Shown in pieces: positions 13,852-25,759 of a stretch of DNA of 59,399 nt; position 1 is the first letter of the stretch; each line of letters begins with the position of its first letter. The DNA is from Microbotryum violaceum. Taxonomy: Eukaryota. The position numbers and the translations under genes are program-made. The notes below the pieces were generated by a model that saw nothing but the letters and a program-made list of their open reading frames with translations, ran no database searches and had not been told where the DNA came from. The DNA is taken from assembly GCA_001244265.2 (NCBI GenBank), contig CDLV01000021.1, positions 124,001-183,399 of the forward strand. The letters are read 5' to 3'.

Positions 13852-14574
13852 ACATGGGTCCGCCAGAAAGGGGGCAACGCAGGAAGCGCATGAGCAAGAA
13901 AAAGGACGGACCATCCATCCACGTGATATTCGATCGGGGATGTCGTCTTGTGAAGGTGTACATGTGTAGTAGAAGTCGTAGAGGAATGGTTTCATACACT
14001 CGGGTATTCAGGACTTTTTTGAGAACGGAGGTGACGAGATTTGAGAGACGCGGGTTCGATCGATTGAGTGGGCCGCCTGAATCAGGGAACGTCACAGGCT
14101 CGGTCAGGCTCGGTGGCGAGCCAAGTTGCGGCACAGGCTACTCCAAACAAGGTCCTGCGACGGGTCAAGATGCGAAATGTGTCCCCGTCTAATTCTGGAG
14201 AGATGGGGCTGGCCGCCTCTCGACAAGATCTCCCTCGGCAGGTATTTTTCAAAGTTTTTCAGCATTCCCACAGTGTTCATGTCGAGCAAGACCAACCGAA
14301 GAAATATATTCTCAAACCCACGAACCCTGAATCACGGCACCACATCCTCTTCTTTCCACTCCGCTCCCTGCCAACCTACACCCCTCTTCCTGAAGAAATG
14401 AACTCGGGTATTGGGTTGGGCACCGAGATCGCAGCTGTGTCGGAACAGACACGGTCAACCGAGTCAGAGCTTGTCCATGAAGTGTTGCAAATTAATAAGA
14501 GCGCTTACACATCGACATCGTACGGTTCCATGATGATGAGCGCAAAGTGATCCAAAGCTGTCCCAAGTGCCGCA

Positions 14575-15487
14575 TCAGTTCTCCATTTCGCGCCTTCTCA
14601 CTGCACCCTGTCCAAACCCATACAGCTCACCTTGCTTGATCTGCGCCTTCTCCTTCTCCCCTTTAGCTTCCTCTTCACTCGCCGGCAACTCCTTGGGCCA
14701 CTCCTCGGCCTGCCCCTTGTCACCCAACTTGGACCCCGGAACAGGTCTCACAAAACTGGCCCTCAACTCGGGCGACATCTTGTGGAAGATTCGGATCCTC
14801 TCTTGTTCCCAATCGAATTTATCCCCGGGAGAAAGACGATCAAGTATTTCGGATGGAGTGTGTGTTCCTTGGGAAGGTGGTTTGATGAGGTACGCTTGGG
14901 ACCGGATGCGGAATTGGGTCATGGTCGGGAGATGCCACCATGCCAAAGAGGTGGTCGGGTTCGCTTCGAGAGCGAGGGCTTTAGGGGCGCTGCATACCGA
15001 TAGCAGCGAGACTATTAGTTGTTGGATTTCTCAATTTATTCTCTCGCTCAGGCGTTTTGTGTTTGCGTACCGCACATCAGTTGTGACGATCAAGTTGTCG
15101 TTGACCAACTTCACGCCTCGAGCATCCTCGCTCGGGTTCTTGGACCATGACGAATCCTCGTTCGACCTGACATGATTCAGATCACATTGATGAATACACC
15201 AATCCTTTCACTCTTCCCCCGTCATGTTCCCACTCAAAAGGTGACAATCAATCTGATCCACTCCCCCAATCCCCCCTCCCCCACTCCAATTCTCCCACTC
15301 ACCTCCGCTCATTCACAAAACCACGATGCACGACGAACCGCGTCGAACTCTCGCCACTCGCCCCATCACACGTCGTTAAAGCGAACGAGATCGAGTCCTT
15401 GTTCTCCTTCATCGATCGATCCAAACTCTCCCTCAATAGCGTCGACCAAGGTGGCGTGCGTGCGCTGGCGATCGATGACGTCGACAT
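14575..15487 (-). CDS. Pyridoxamine 5'-phosphate oxidase-like FMN-binding split-barrel protein, multi-exon
   Basis: PPW..LL...., FALTT....STRFVVHRGF, LIVTTDVR|SPKA..L..NP...AWW......QFRI. This resembles the Alr4036/PNPOx-like family. Confidence 0.7.
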
Positions 15488-15891
15488 CGTACCGGTGGTA
15501 CCCGCAAGGCTGAGAGGTCGTACTACGTGTACTGGAACTAGAGGAGCTGTTGAGAAGCTGCTGCGTTGCAGACTTTGGGTGAGGTGGGTGAGGCGTTGAA
15601 CTGTGGTGCTTTTCGCAGAGCGAACCTCGGACGAGGAAGCCAGGATGGTTGAACGTTGTGGAGCACGTGATGGAGAGCAGGGGAACTACTTCGGCGATCG
15701 ACGACGGTCGAGGCGCGACGTTCGATAGTAGATCGTAAGATTGGTATTCGCGAACACACCAGCAAAGATATTGGCTAGTAAAAAGTCCCGCGCTCCTCGA
15801 CGGGACCTGCTGCTACCAACAAACAACCACCATAGTGCCTATCACGAAAAAAAAAAACCCGCCCTCTAAAGCTACGCATCAGACCCTCGCG

Positions 15892-18721
15892 TCAATCCTC
15901 TGGACGTTCAACGCTCGTCGATGCGCATCGTTCCTCCTCTCCTGTTCCTGAACCCTTGCTAAATCATTCTCCTTTTTGTACGACTCTGCAGCAGGGCGTA
16001 GTCAAAGGCACGCTAAAAGATCAATTACCCTTCCTCTTCCGCAAAATAAGCTCAGTAAACTGGCCGATCTCTTGACTTACCCAACAACCTCTCACCCAAC
16101 CAAAGCCCCAACCTCGCGTTCCCAACGAGGTAGTCATCGTTCGTAGGCGCCGTTGGTACCGCCGGATTTTCGGTGGCCGGAGGTATCATTCGAGCACCCA
16201 TGCCTTTGACGAGATGCGAAGCTGCGTGCAGCATTTTTTGTGCCTGTCAGAGTCCACATTTCTGGATCAGCAGGGTTCAACTTCTAAGAGACGGACGGAT
16301 ACCGAGAGTTAGGACGTACCTGATCGTTCCTAGTCATCAAGAACAAATTCGCCAACAAGCTCAACACCAATGCCTTGGCATGGTTCGAGTTCATCTGGTT
16401 CGACAACTGTAAAGCGACCGAGAGGTGTTGTTTCGACTTGGTGATCTCGCCCTTGGTTAAGGACTGGATGAACTCTGCGATCAAGTTCGACGAAGGTGAC
16501 GACGAGCCCGATTCTTCCGCGCAGGTGAACGCGACGATCTCTCTAGCGATCGCGTCGTACCGTGGGGACTCGAAAGCGTTGGACGGGTTCGCGGTCGGAC
16601 GTTGCGGTGATCCGATCGGGTTCGCACTCGCGTTCGAGCTCGCATGCGTTGACAAGCGGATCCTCCACCCTTGCGACATTTTGAGCATCAACAACGAGAG
16701 CCCGGCCAGGACCCGCAAGCCTTGGCGCTGCTCGTCGTCGTCGTCGTCGTTCTCGGTTGCCGACGAAGTAGCCGTCTTGTCCAACACGGTCTCGTAGCAT
16801 TCCTCGGCTTTCGCGTCTTCCCCCTCGGCATGGAACAACATCCCGAAATCAAGCGTGATCCTCCCCTCGTACTCGTCCCACAACCCCTCCCTATTCCTCG
16901 CCGTCGTGACCGCATCCAACAATTGGTTCTTTGCCTGCTCGAACCCAGATCGCATGATTTCCAACTCGCTCGAGAACAAGAGCAAATGAATCTTCATTCG
17001 CGCGATGCGGGCGAGGTAGTCCGCGACCTCATGCGGTTGCGTCAACGGCGGACACGGCTCGATGCTGTTGAGTTTGAGGTCGAACAGTTTGAGGCCTTCG
17101 TTGGCAAAGAGCGTCGAGCGGGGTTTAGACCCAAAAGGATCGCGGTGGATCGCGACCGAGGCGAGGAAGGCAAAGTTGTAGACGAGCGTGCGAGGTCCCA
17201 AACTGATCGAGATGGATTGAACCGAAGGCAGGGGGGCGCCCAGCGAAGGCGGGGGGACAAAGAGCTCCGCTGGATTGACCCGAGTCTTGTTAGGGTCCGG
17301 AGGATTGATGGGGATCTGTAAAGACCGACCTTTGCTACAATCAGTACAGTGGCACAGCACGTGACCACCCTGGTGACCCAACCTGACCCACCCTACACCA
17401 CCCTTCGTCCTCGCTTCGCTTCTCTTCCCCTTCGGCGCGCTCGCGATCCAGCAGCCCATGCGCGAGCTTGAGCTTCTCCTTGGCCTCCTTGATCAGCCCC
17501 ATATGCGCCTGCAGCAGACTCTCGATCAAGAGCGCATAGACCTTGAGCCCCGAAGGTAAGTGTTTCTCGATCACGTCTTTAGGTCCGAGCGCTTGTAAGG
17601 CCTGCAACATCGAAGAGACGAGGTGCCACTGCGAGCCTTTGGCGAGGGCCAGACGGGCGATCGAGGTGTAGCATATGGCACGAACGAGCACGTCGCCTCG
17701 ATGGGTGGCGATGCGATCGACTTCGTACCAGGACGCGAGCGCGTCGGTGTAGGACGTGTTGGGCAGGTTCGCGAGGGTGATGTGGAGATGGTAGACCCAA
17801 TGTACGGGGGTCGTCGGGGAGGACAACAGCCGCCGCAAGGTCTGCCGAGCGAATTTGGACGAGGACGAGAGCGAAGGTTGCAGTAGTGCCAGATGAGGTG
17901 TGAAGCTCTTGAGCGTATCGTGCTGCAAATTTGTGACAAAATTTGTGACAAAGAATCGTAAACACATCGAAGAATTGGGGCCAGACTAGGTCTTTAGCCG
18001 CCGACCTACCTTTTCCGACGCGACCATCTGTAAATTTTGACATTCGAGCCGAGACGCGAACGAGAGGTCAAAAAGTGACCGGGGCCGAGTGAAGATTTGC
18101 GATCAGCGTCCCCGACCCGAATTTAAAAGAGGTGCGTCTTGAACAACTGACCCCTCTACTGGACATCTTGTCCAAGAGTGCACTACTGGCCCCACTCGAG
18201 GCCAAGCACTCGGCGAGCATCGTCCTCGCCCTGAGTTCGACCCTACCGGAGCCCAAGCCCTGCCACGGCCCGCCGCTGCTGGTGAGCGCGACGACCTGGT
18301 CCAGACAGATCGACAGCGCGGCGTGGAAGCGGCGGTACGAGATCCAGGCGAGCGTGTACCGCTTGTGCGAGTTGGTCGAGGAGGAAGGAGGTCTGCACAG
18401 CGTCGGGTGCAGGGCCACAGCTTGGGAGTGGTACGATTGTGCGAGCACGAGCAGCAGTAGCGGTAAAGGTAGCTGTTGCAGAGGTGGAGGAGGGGGTGGA
18501 AGTGACCGACCCCTCTGCGGAGCAAGATCCGTGTTCGTGGCGACGGGCATGGTCATCGAGTTGGCTGTGGGGTGAACAGCAGGCGCAGAAGATGAAGGGA
18601 GAGGCGGGCTCAGTCGGGGCCTTTTGGTCGGAGAATCATGCTGCTGGTGGCTACTACTCCCGTCTTGATTGTAGAAAGGCGGAGTGTGGTGCGGCCCCAA
18701 CAGCGGCAGATTGGGGTTCAT
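15892..18721 (-). CDS. Cohesin loading factor MAU2/Scc4-like TPR protein, multi-exon
   Basis: Long helical ORFs (LLVLAQSY, RVELRARTMLAECL, SKQHLSVALQLS...NHAKALVLSLLANLF, VGNARLGLWLGERLL) joined by canonical introns. Family assigned by resemblance only. Confidence 0.65.
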
Positions 18722-18948
18722 ACCAGTTGACGACGAGCTGGCGCGAACGGGAGGGGGGAGCAGGGTCCACAGAGTTGGAGGAGGTCAAAGCGGGAAACTC
18801 GTCGAGCCACGCGCCGCGACGTGAGGCGACGTGAGAGGCCGTGAGCGACTGGTGAGCGCTTGGGCTTGGCTTGCAACCATTTTCATTGCAACACGCGCCC
18901 GGACCACTACCACCTGCATCACAGTCACAGCGCCAGATCTGCCACAAC

Positions 18949-19647
18949 AGTGAGTTCCACGTTGCCGCGTACCTCCTTCTCTCGGCAGCACCAGCTGATC
19001 TTTGAGCGCCATGTGTTTGCACAGTGACCCCCACTTCGTCGTCGTCATTACCATTCTCGAATGGGGCTCCTCAGTCAGACCTCGAATTCCTCAACTCGTT
19101 ATCCACCACCGCAGTAGCCACAAGTGTCACCAGATCCTCAACATCGGCCGCAACACCCGATGTCACGACAGCAACAGCGACCTCGTCCGATCCGAATGAC
19201 ATCACCCAATCGCTGGCCTTTATCAATCTCTCGAGGCAACTCGACGCCTCGATCCCGGATTCTCTGGCTTCAACCCAAGCAGCCTACGATGCTCTACTCG
19301 AACGCAAGACACCGGCACCGCAGCACGGTCAACCTGACCTCGACGACGACGAGAACAACGACGCCGCCGATGCGGACGAGGACGACGGTCTGGACGAACG
19401 AGCGATCCTGGACCTATTGAACAAGATGGAGAGCGCCGACATGGCCGCGCAGGAATTCGAAGGCAGATTGGACAAGCTCTTACAGGGTTTGGATGGCATG
19501 TTGGAGAGTCTCGGCGCCGCGGGACAAGTTGGCGCTGCTGATCAGGGAACTAGTAGTTATAGCACTGCTCAGGACGACGTTTCACCCGAACCGGCACCCT
19601 CGGCTAAGAGAGACGACACGGATTCCGCAGAGAAACAAGGAGATTAA
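18949..19647 (+). CDS. Hypothetical acidic/coiled-coil protein of about 207 aa; start ATG formed across a 75-nt intron
   Basis: Donor GTGAGT at 18950, branch-like GCTGAT at about 18994, acceptor CAG ending 19024. Splicing joins A+TG in frame with the 207-aa ORF (..AQEFEGRLDKLLQGLDGMLESL..). Confidence 0.6.
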
Positions 19648-21425
19648 AGATACCGATGTTGCCAAAAACATGTCATATTACCAATGTTGTCGAAACTTTG
19701 GGTCCAGCTCCAAAATCACCCCTGCGCACTAAGCGACCTTGTCCAACTCTTCGGCGAAATCGAGCCTCCGACGCTTGCCACGGAGTGCATGGTCCGTGGA
19801 GCGTGCATTTGTCATCGCAGCATTGGGAGTAGTCGTTGGGTCTACGCGAACAGAAACAAGGTGGACAGTCTTGCCCGATCAAGTTCAGTCTCTCCCAGCC
19901 TCTTTATAACCACTATCGACCACTTTCCCCAGCCCAAGGCAGTGGTAAAGCCAAGCCCAGGCGGAGCCGAGGCCAGACTCAACTGGAAACAGTTTCTTCC
20001 ATGCAATCAAACCTTCGGCTATAAGGTGTACACGTTTCCTCGCACCGACCCTTGGCAAGTTTGGCGGTGCTGTAGCAGCCTCGCAATCCAAGGTGTGGTG
20101 TGGATAGATTTTTCGCCACTGTCCGACTCGGCTCCGAAGTCTGCCACTCACTTCCTACTAGTGCGCTGCATCAGTGAAGTGGAGACAAGTCCTCTAGGCA
20201 GGTCAACGTGTGTCAGATGTGAACGCGATTCGTATGTGGAGATCTCTTCCCACGCGGATAGTACTCGGTCCTGTTGGAGGCGCATTGGACTGTGTAAAGG
20301 AGACATCACTGCAAATGCCTTGGACCACGGGGCGTGAGGTCTGCAACTCACAAACACAGAACGCGCTATACTCCGCATTGTAGCATTTTTTGTAAAGACA
20401 GTACGATCAGAGCCTCCCTCGCAGGTGACTCGGTCAACGCAGCGGGTCCACTCTCGAAACTCCCCAGACGATCTTCAACCACTGCCCCCTAAACGTGGAT
20501 ACGACCTTGCGCGGCTGGCGAAGGCCCAATGCTTTATCCGAGTCGCGGGGGAATGTCCGAACTTGTGGACTAGCGAAGCGTTGGTACCTTCGCACCCACA
20601 AGGAGTTAAGTACCTCTACCGGGCATCGTGAGACAGAGAGATGAGGTTCGCATGATGAGTATGATGGGGCGAAGGCGAGCGAGACACGGCGGCGTTTGTG
20701 CGCCTGAAAGCTTGGAGCGCCGGAGCGTCAAGCGGCCGGACGCCGCCTTACTTGGGGTGCATCTGGTGCGCCCCTGTTTCGAACAATTCGGGTTCGGTCA
20801 ATCAGAACCCCGCCCGCGGCCTGTGAGATTGTGCAAAGAATTACCGCCTGACGCATCACTTTTGGTGTTGAGAAGGCTGAGAGTACCTGCCCGCTTTACT
20901 ACCTTAAGTACTACCTTCATATATAGAAACAGGTGAGTTAAGGAATGTACCTAAAATCGCTGTTTTTGACTATGTTGGGGCCCAGAGGGCCGCCTTTGGT
21001 TAATGTACCAGCATGCTGTTTTGTCTGTCGCGCCTGCCTGTGGTGTCCATGTTCCGATCAGAAGTCATGTACAATCTCTGTGGCGACTTTTGTATTTTTC
21101 GCGCCGTTCGAACGAAGCTACAGCGCTCCCAGTATTTTCCTTCACTTTTTCGGTGACATAAAACAGTGTTTACACCTATGTTGTATTTAATGGAGAGCAA
21201 GCGCGTGGCTTTGGTTGACATTGCTTCTACAGCAGAGCTCCTGTAAGGGTTTGATCCCTCAAAGGTCGCGAGAACTGCTACAATCGACTGTTGACGTGTT
21301 CGGTTCGTTTCAGGTTGATCTCTAAGTCCTCTAAAGTTGTTTAAAGGAAAGAAAGACTATCCAAAGGTACTGTGACAAATCTATTCAAACGAGAGGAGAC
21401 CAAGTTGTCTCAGTTGTGGGCAAGG

Positions 21426-21683
21426 TGTAAGGCCGCCCCCCTTGAGATCAGGCCTTCGACCCCGTAGCCGACGTCAAGACTGACACTGGCGCACGGACCC
21501 TCGGCCTCCCTCAATAGGGACGCCCTTCCCCATTCCTCTCTTTCTCTCTTTCCTCTCTCTTGAGTCGTTTTACATCTAGCTGAAACCCAGTAAAGACGTT
21601 TAACAAGTATCCTCTACCGCCTATTACCTTCTCGACTTCGATCTACAACCGTCCTCGCGACCTTCTGTAAGGCAACCCTTACA
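21426..21683 (+). mobile_element. Putative LTR of a Ty3/gypsy element (258 bp)
   Basis: Begins TGTAAGG and ends CCTTACA (7-bp terminal inverted repeat, TG..CA). Has a CT-rich interior and abuts pol sequence. Confidence 0.65.
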
Positions 21684-21688
21684 TCTTC

Positions 21689-23201
21689 TTGTTAAACGTC
21701 TTTACTGGAGCCGAGATGACCGCGCCACTCACGAACCTCGTGGGGGAGGCCCCATGGACTTGGTCTGCTGCGCAGGACTTAGCGTTCGAAGAAACGCAAC
21801 GTGCGATTGACCAAGCGAGACAACTGACGATCCGTCAGGAGGAGCTTGCACCGAGAGAGTCAGAACCGATTCACTTCGGGCACCCTCCGACTACCGCAGT
21901 GAGAAACCCGGTTTCTGGCAAGTACATCTTCTTGCAATGCGACGTATCGACGGTGGAAACGTCGGCGTGCGTTATGTACGACGAGAATTGGTGGAACGCG
22001 CAGCCGGTCTACCATCACTCACGAAAATTGACAGGGGCACAGTTAAACTACCCACAGTTAAACTACCCTGTTCATGAGATTGAACTTTTGGCGACCTACG
22101 AGGCTTTCCAGAAGTACAGAAACATCCTTTTTGGACGCAGAGTCATTGTACTTACGAACAACAATTCTTTGACATCGTTTTTGACGGCCAAGGAGATGAA
22201 CGATCGACAAGCGCGAGCGTATGCGTTCATGTCGCGTTTCGACTTCTCGATTCGGCACATTGACGGAGAGTGTAACCATGTACCGGATATGCTCTCGCGC
22301 CAGTACGAAAACGACAATCTCGCAGAGGGATACGTCGAAGATGGAAGACTGGATGATCTGGACACTGAACGTGACGACGGACCATTGTTATTCGATCGTT
22401 CGCTTGGTGCGATGACGGCGTCGACGAAGGCCAAGGGTAAGGGGAAAGCCCCTGATCGGCCCGGAGCAAAGGCGAAGACGACGCGAAGACCCTCGGGAAA
22501 GCGAGCGGCGATAGCCAAAGCAGCGCGTCTCAAAGAAGAAGGTAGGGTACCTTCGGAAGATGCCCTGAACCTTGATGCCGATTATCACCGACGATTCATG
22601 AAAGCTCTGACGAGCTACGGTGACGACACATTCTTCCAAGATTGTTTCGCAGATTGAGGACTTTGATCGATACAAGCTTATCGACGACGTCCTTTGGCAG
22701 AAGGATGAGGTTTTCGGGGACCGAATGTGTGTTGCGTCGGGAAAAGTGGACCGAAGGACAGCCCGAGAAGTTGTTCTCGAGCACGTTCACGAGATGACAG
22801 GTCATGAGGCAAGTCGCCGCATGACAGACCACGCGCAGCATCATTTCTGGTGGCAATCGCTCTCGAGCGACATCGACAAGTACTGCTGATCGTGCGAGAG
22901 TTGTCAAATGTCCAAGAAAGGCACACAAGGACCTTCAGGAAAGATTCACTCGATGCCGGTTCCTTCTGGACCGGGTCAGACGATTGCAGTGGACTTTCAA
23001 GGACCTTTGGTGGCAGCAAAGTGGCAAGGGAAGTCAGTCGACTTCCTCTGCAACTGGATCGATACGTTCACTGGAGAGGTGATCTCGATTCCGTGTGAGC
23101 AGACAATGTCGGCGAAAGATTGCGCAGAGTTGTTCTTTCACTTTGCTTTCCCCCAGTGGGGAGTGCCGAAGCAGATCGTTTCGGACAGGGACCCACGATA
23201 G
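21689..23201 (+). pseudogene. Degenerate Ty3/gypsy pol fragment (RT connection, RNase H, integrase)
   Basis: WS...AFE, LQCDVS, SRKL..AQLNYP..E.ELLA, HIDG..N.VPDMLSR, integrase H..GH..C..C and IAVDFQGPL..PKQIVSDRDPR. Has a frameshift, an internal stop and a 15-bp tandem duplication (QLNYPQLNYP). Confidence 0.9.
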
Positions 23202-24374
23202 CTGCTTGACCTTCGCCTTGAATTCAGCAAATGCTGCGGGGCGAGCCTTCGAGTATTCGATGTCTTTAAGATGCTCCTTGGCTAGTCTGGCTCGTCGTGC
23301 TGTGATTGATTCCCCCGGCTTCGGAGTTTCGTCGTCTGTGGTGCAATCGTCGTCCGTGGTGCAATCGTCGTGCGTCTCGGAATCTGAGCTGAAGCATATC
23401 TCGGACCATGTCTCCTCGTCAACCTCCATCTCGGCCATCTCCTCGAACATACCAACGTCCAAATCGTTCTTATCTATGCCGGCAATGGGCGCGGGCAAGT
23501 CATGGGTGAGATCTTGAGATTTGATTGCGAATGTTGCTAGTCGGTGAAACTGGCGAATGCGAGCGAGATGAGCGCGACCGGCCGAAAAAGGTGGAACCAA
23601 AAGAAGTTCGGTTTCGACGACATTGGTAGCCGCTGGTCCGCACGAGAAGCTGTCAGCCTGTTGAACCATGCGGCCTTGCTTCGGCTCAGTGTTGAGAAAT
23701 CGTAGCTCGAGGTAGTCAAATAAGGCGAGTGCCGAGTTACGAGTAATCTCGTCGATCCGAATATTCGAGAGCGAGTTGAAAACCGACCATGTCCTTTGTC
23801 CAACATCAACACGTGCCATTGCCCAATGATTGCGAAAGCAGAGCGGGAGAAACCAGATCGATTGAGGTCGTGCTCGAACGAAAGATCGAAGATCGGCGAG
23901 AGTTCGATAGGGAACACGTGGTGATGTGAAGGTGTATTTGTCGAGAACATCACGTTGAGGAGAGTCAGGGTGATGTTTTTTTGACGCGACCAAAATCGCC
24001 ATGAGGTCGGATGGGAATGCCCCGTATACCTTGTCAGGTGCTGTCGACGCTTCTACTCGCGATGAAGCTAGTACGCTGGCGATGGCAACGTCCATCGCGG
24101 TTTCTCCAAGCCACGTTGTCCCTAGGAAAAGCACGAAAAATAGTCCCAGTCAATCACGCGATCGAACAAGCAAACAAAATGGCTACTTACCGACGAAATT
24201 GAGCAGCGTGCGCAAGGACGCGCTACACCCGAGGATCATTGAGGGGGTATATTGCTTCTCAACGATTAATGACGGCAGCACCTCCAGAGCCTTGACGATG
24301 AGAGGCTGATCTTCGATGTTGACACCCAGATAACTTTTCATCCACTCTTGGCTACTGATAACGATCGAACGCAT
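23202..24374 (-). pseudogene. Transposon-borne Ulp1/C48-type cysteine protease relic
   Basis: FLPLCFRNHWAMARVD...VFNSL...QQADSFSCG follows the Ulp1 H..D..Q..C order, with the Asp position reading Asn. It is cut off at the gypsy junction. Confidence 0.7.
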
Positions 24375-24965
24375 GCGCTCAGCGTAGTCTATATGCCGCC
24401 AAATCCTTTCGACACCGAAAGGCAGTCGGTGCCCAGCGATAGCAATAGACCGGTAACCTTGCTTACGCGCCGCAGTAATTGCTCCACGATCCTTGAACTT
24501 GTCCCTCCAAGCATCGAACGGCCTAGGAAGAGTCTCAAACTCGAGAGGCTCGTCTGTCGACCACGAAAGCTGTATTTGGGTCTCCGGGTTGTCGAAGCGG
24601 AAGGCGAGAAGCTCAAGACACCCTCACGTCCCAGAAGGGTGCCATTCGCTCGAAATCATCGTCAAGAAGCTCGATATCCGGGTCGTCTAGATACATCTCG
24701 TCGAAATTGGCTGAAGCGAGAGCCTAGCCTAGGATGTTGACGATGATGATGGCACAGACGACGCGACGCGGTGGGGGAGGCAAGAGACGTGCGCACTCGG
24801 ACTTTTCGTTCAACCAGCCAAGAGGTTACATTGCAAAATATTGAACAATTAGAGCCGTTGTTGTTGATTCGGTATAGCCCAGAGTGTTTCGCGCGTGCTC
24901 CCGCATGCTCTTGAGGGTCGGCAAACTTTGCCGCACCAAGCCGAATGTGGCTGAAATCGGCCGAG

Positions 24966-25102
24966 ATTTGTCCACTGGCACCTACGGGCCTAGGCCCCCC
25001 ACCCGCACCGGCGCACCCTGATTTGTCCACCCCCGACTACGCGCCTTGGCGATTTTGGCCCATCTGAGGCCCAAAATTTGTCCAGTCGGGCACTACGCGC
25101 CT
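24966..25102. repeat. Three degenerate copies of ATTTGTCCA-N7/8-CTACGSGCCT at 55-bp spacing
   Basis: Copies start at 24966, 25021 and 25076. Confidence 0.75.
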
Positions 25103-25759
25103 CCGGCTGGGCTTTCGGGGGTCCTCCTACCATAACCATGGGAGGACCCGGGAAAGCTCAGCCGAAGGTGCGTCTCGAAAAACCCCGATTTTAGGCCGAT
25201 TTGTACATCGAATATCCCTATGTAAGCGGTGTACGTATTCCGGTGTAAGACCAGATTATCGGGTTGTGTTGAAAAAATTACCCTACCGTGAAAAATCACG
25301 TCAGGTAGCATATCACAAGGCATAATGGGGCCCGTAAAGTACAAATCTCCGAGACGCACATTGGGCTGAGCTTTCCTGGGTCCTACCATGGGCCTGCTCG
25401 AGCGCCTGCTGCTGGGCGCCCGGATGCTCTACCCTCCTTTTCCTCCCGCTCTGATCAGCGGAATCAGCCCCCCCCCCCCCCCCCCCGCCCGCGCGTCATG
25501 ACAACAACCCAACTGATGTTGGTATTGCGACACGTATACGAACGAGCCCGCCGTGTCGCTGTGCAAAACGGGCAGCGTGGTCAGCGCGATGGACGAGCCG
25601 ACGCTGAACGCGCCCCCCCCCCCCCCCCCCCCCACGTCTCACAGGCCTCACCCACCACGTGCACCTCCTCCTGCTGCGGGTCAAGGCAGGTCAAGGCCAG
25701 CGGAGACCCCGCAGGACTAGAATCGCCCTTAAATCACTCAAGCCCCACGTTTCAATCCG

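Noticed and set aside
24966-25102. Repeat-spacer pattern as a CRISPR array
   Set aside because: The context is eukaryotic, there are only three degenerate units and no cas genes. TE subterminal repeats fit better.
25468-25633. Two long poly-C tracts
   Set aside because: Simple homopolymers within TE sequence whose lengths are unreliable. G4 potential alone is not informative.
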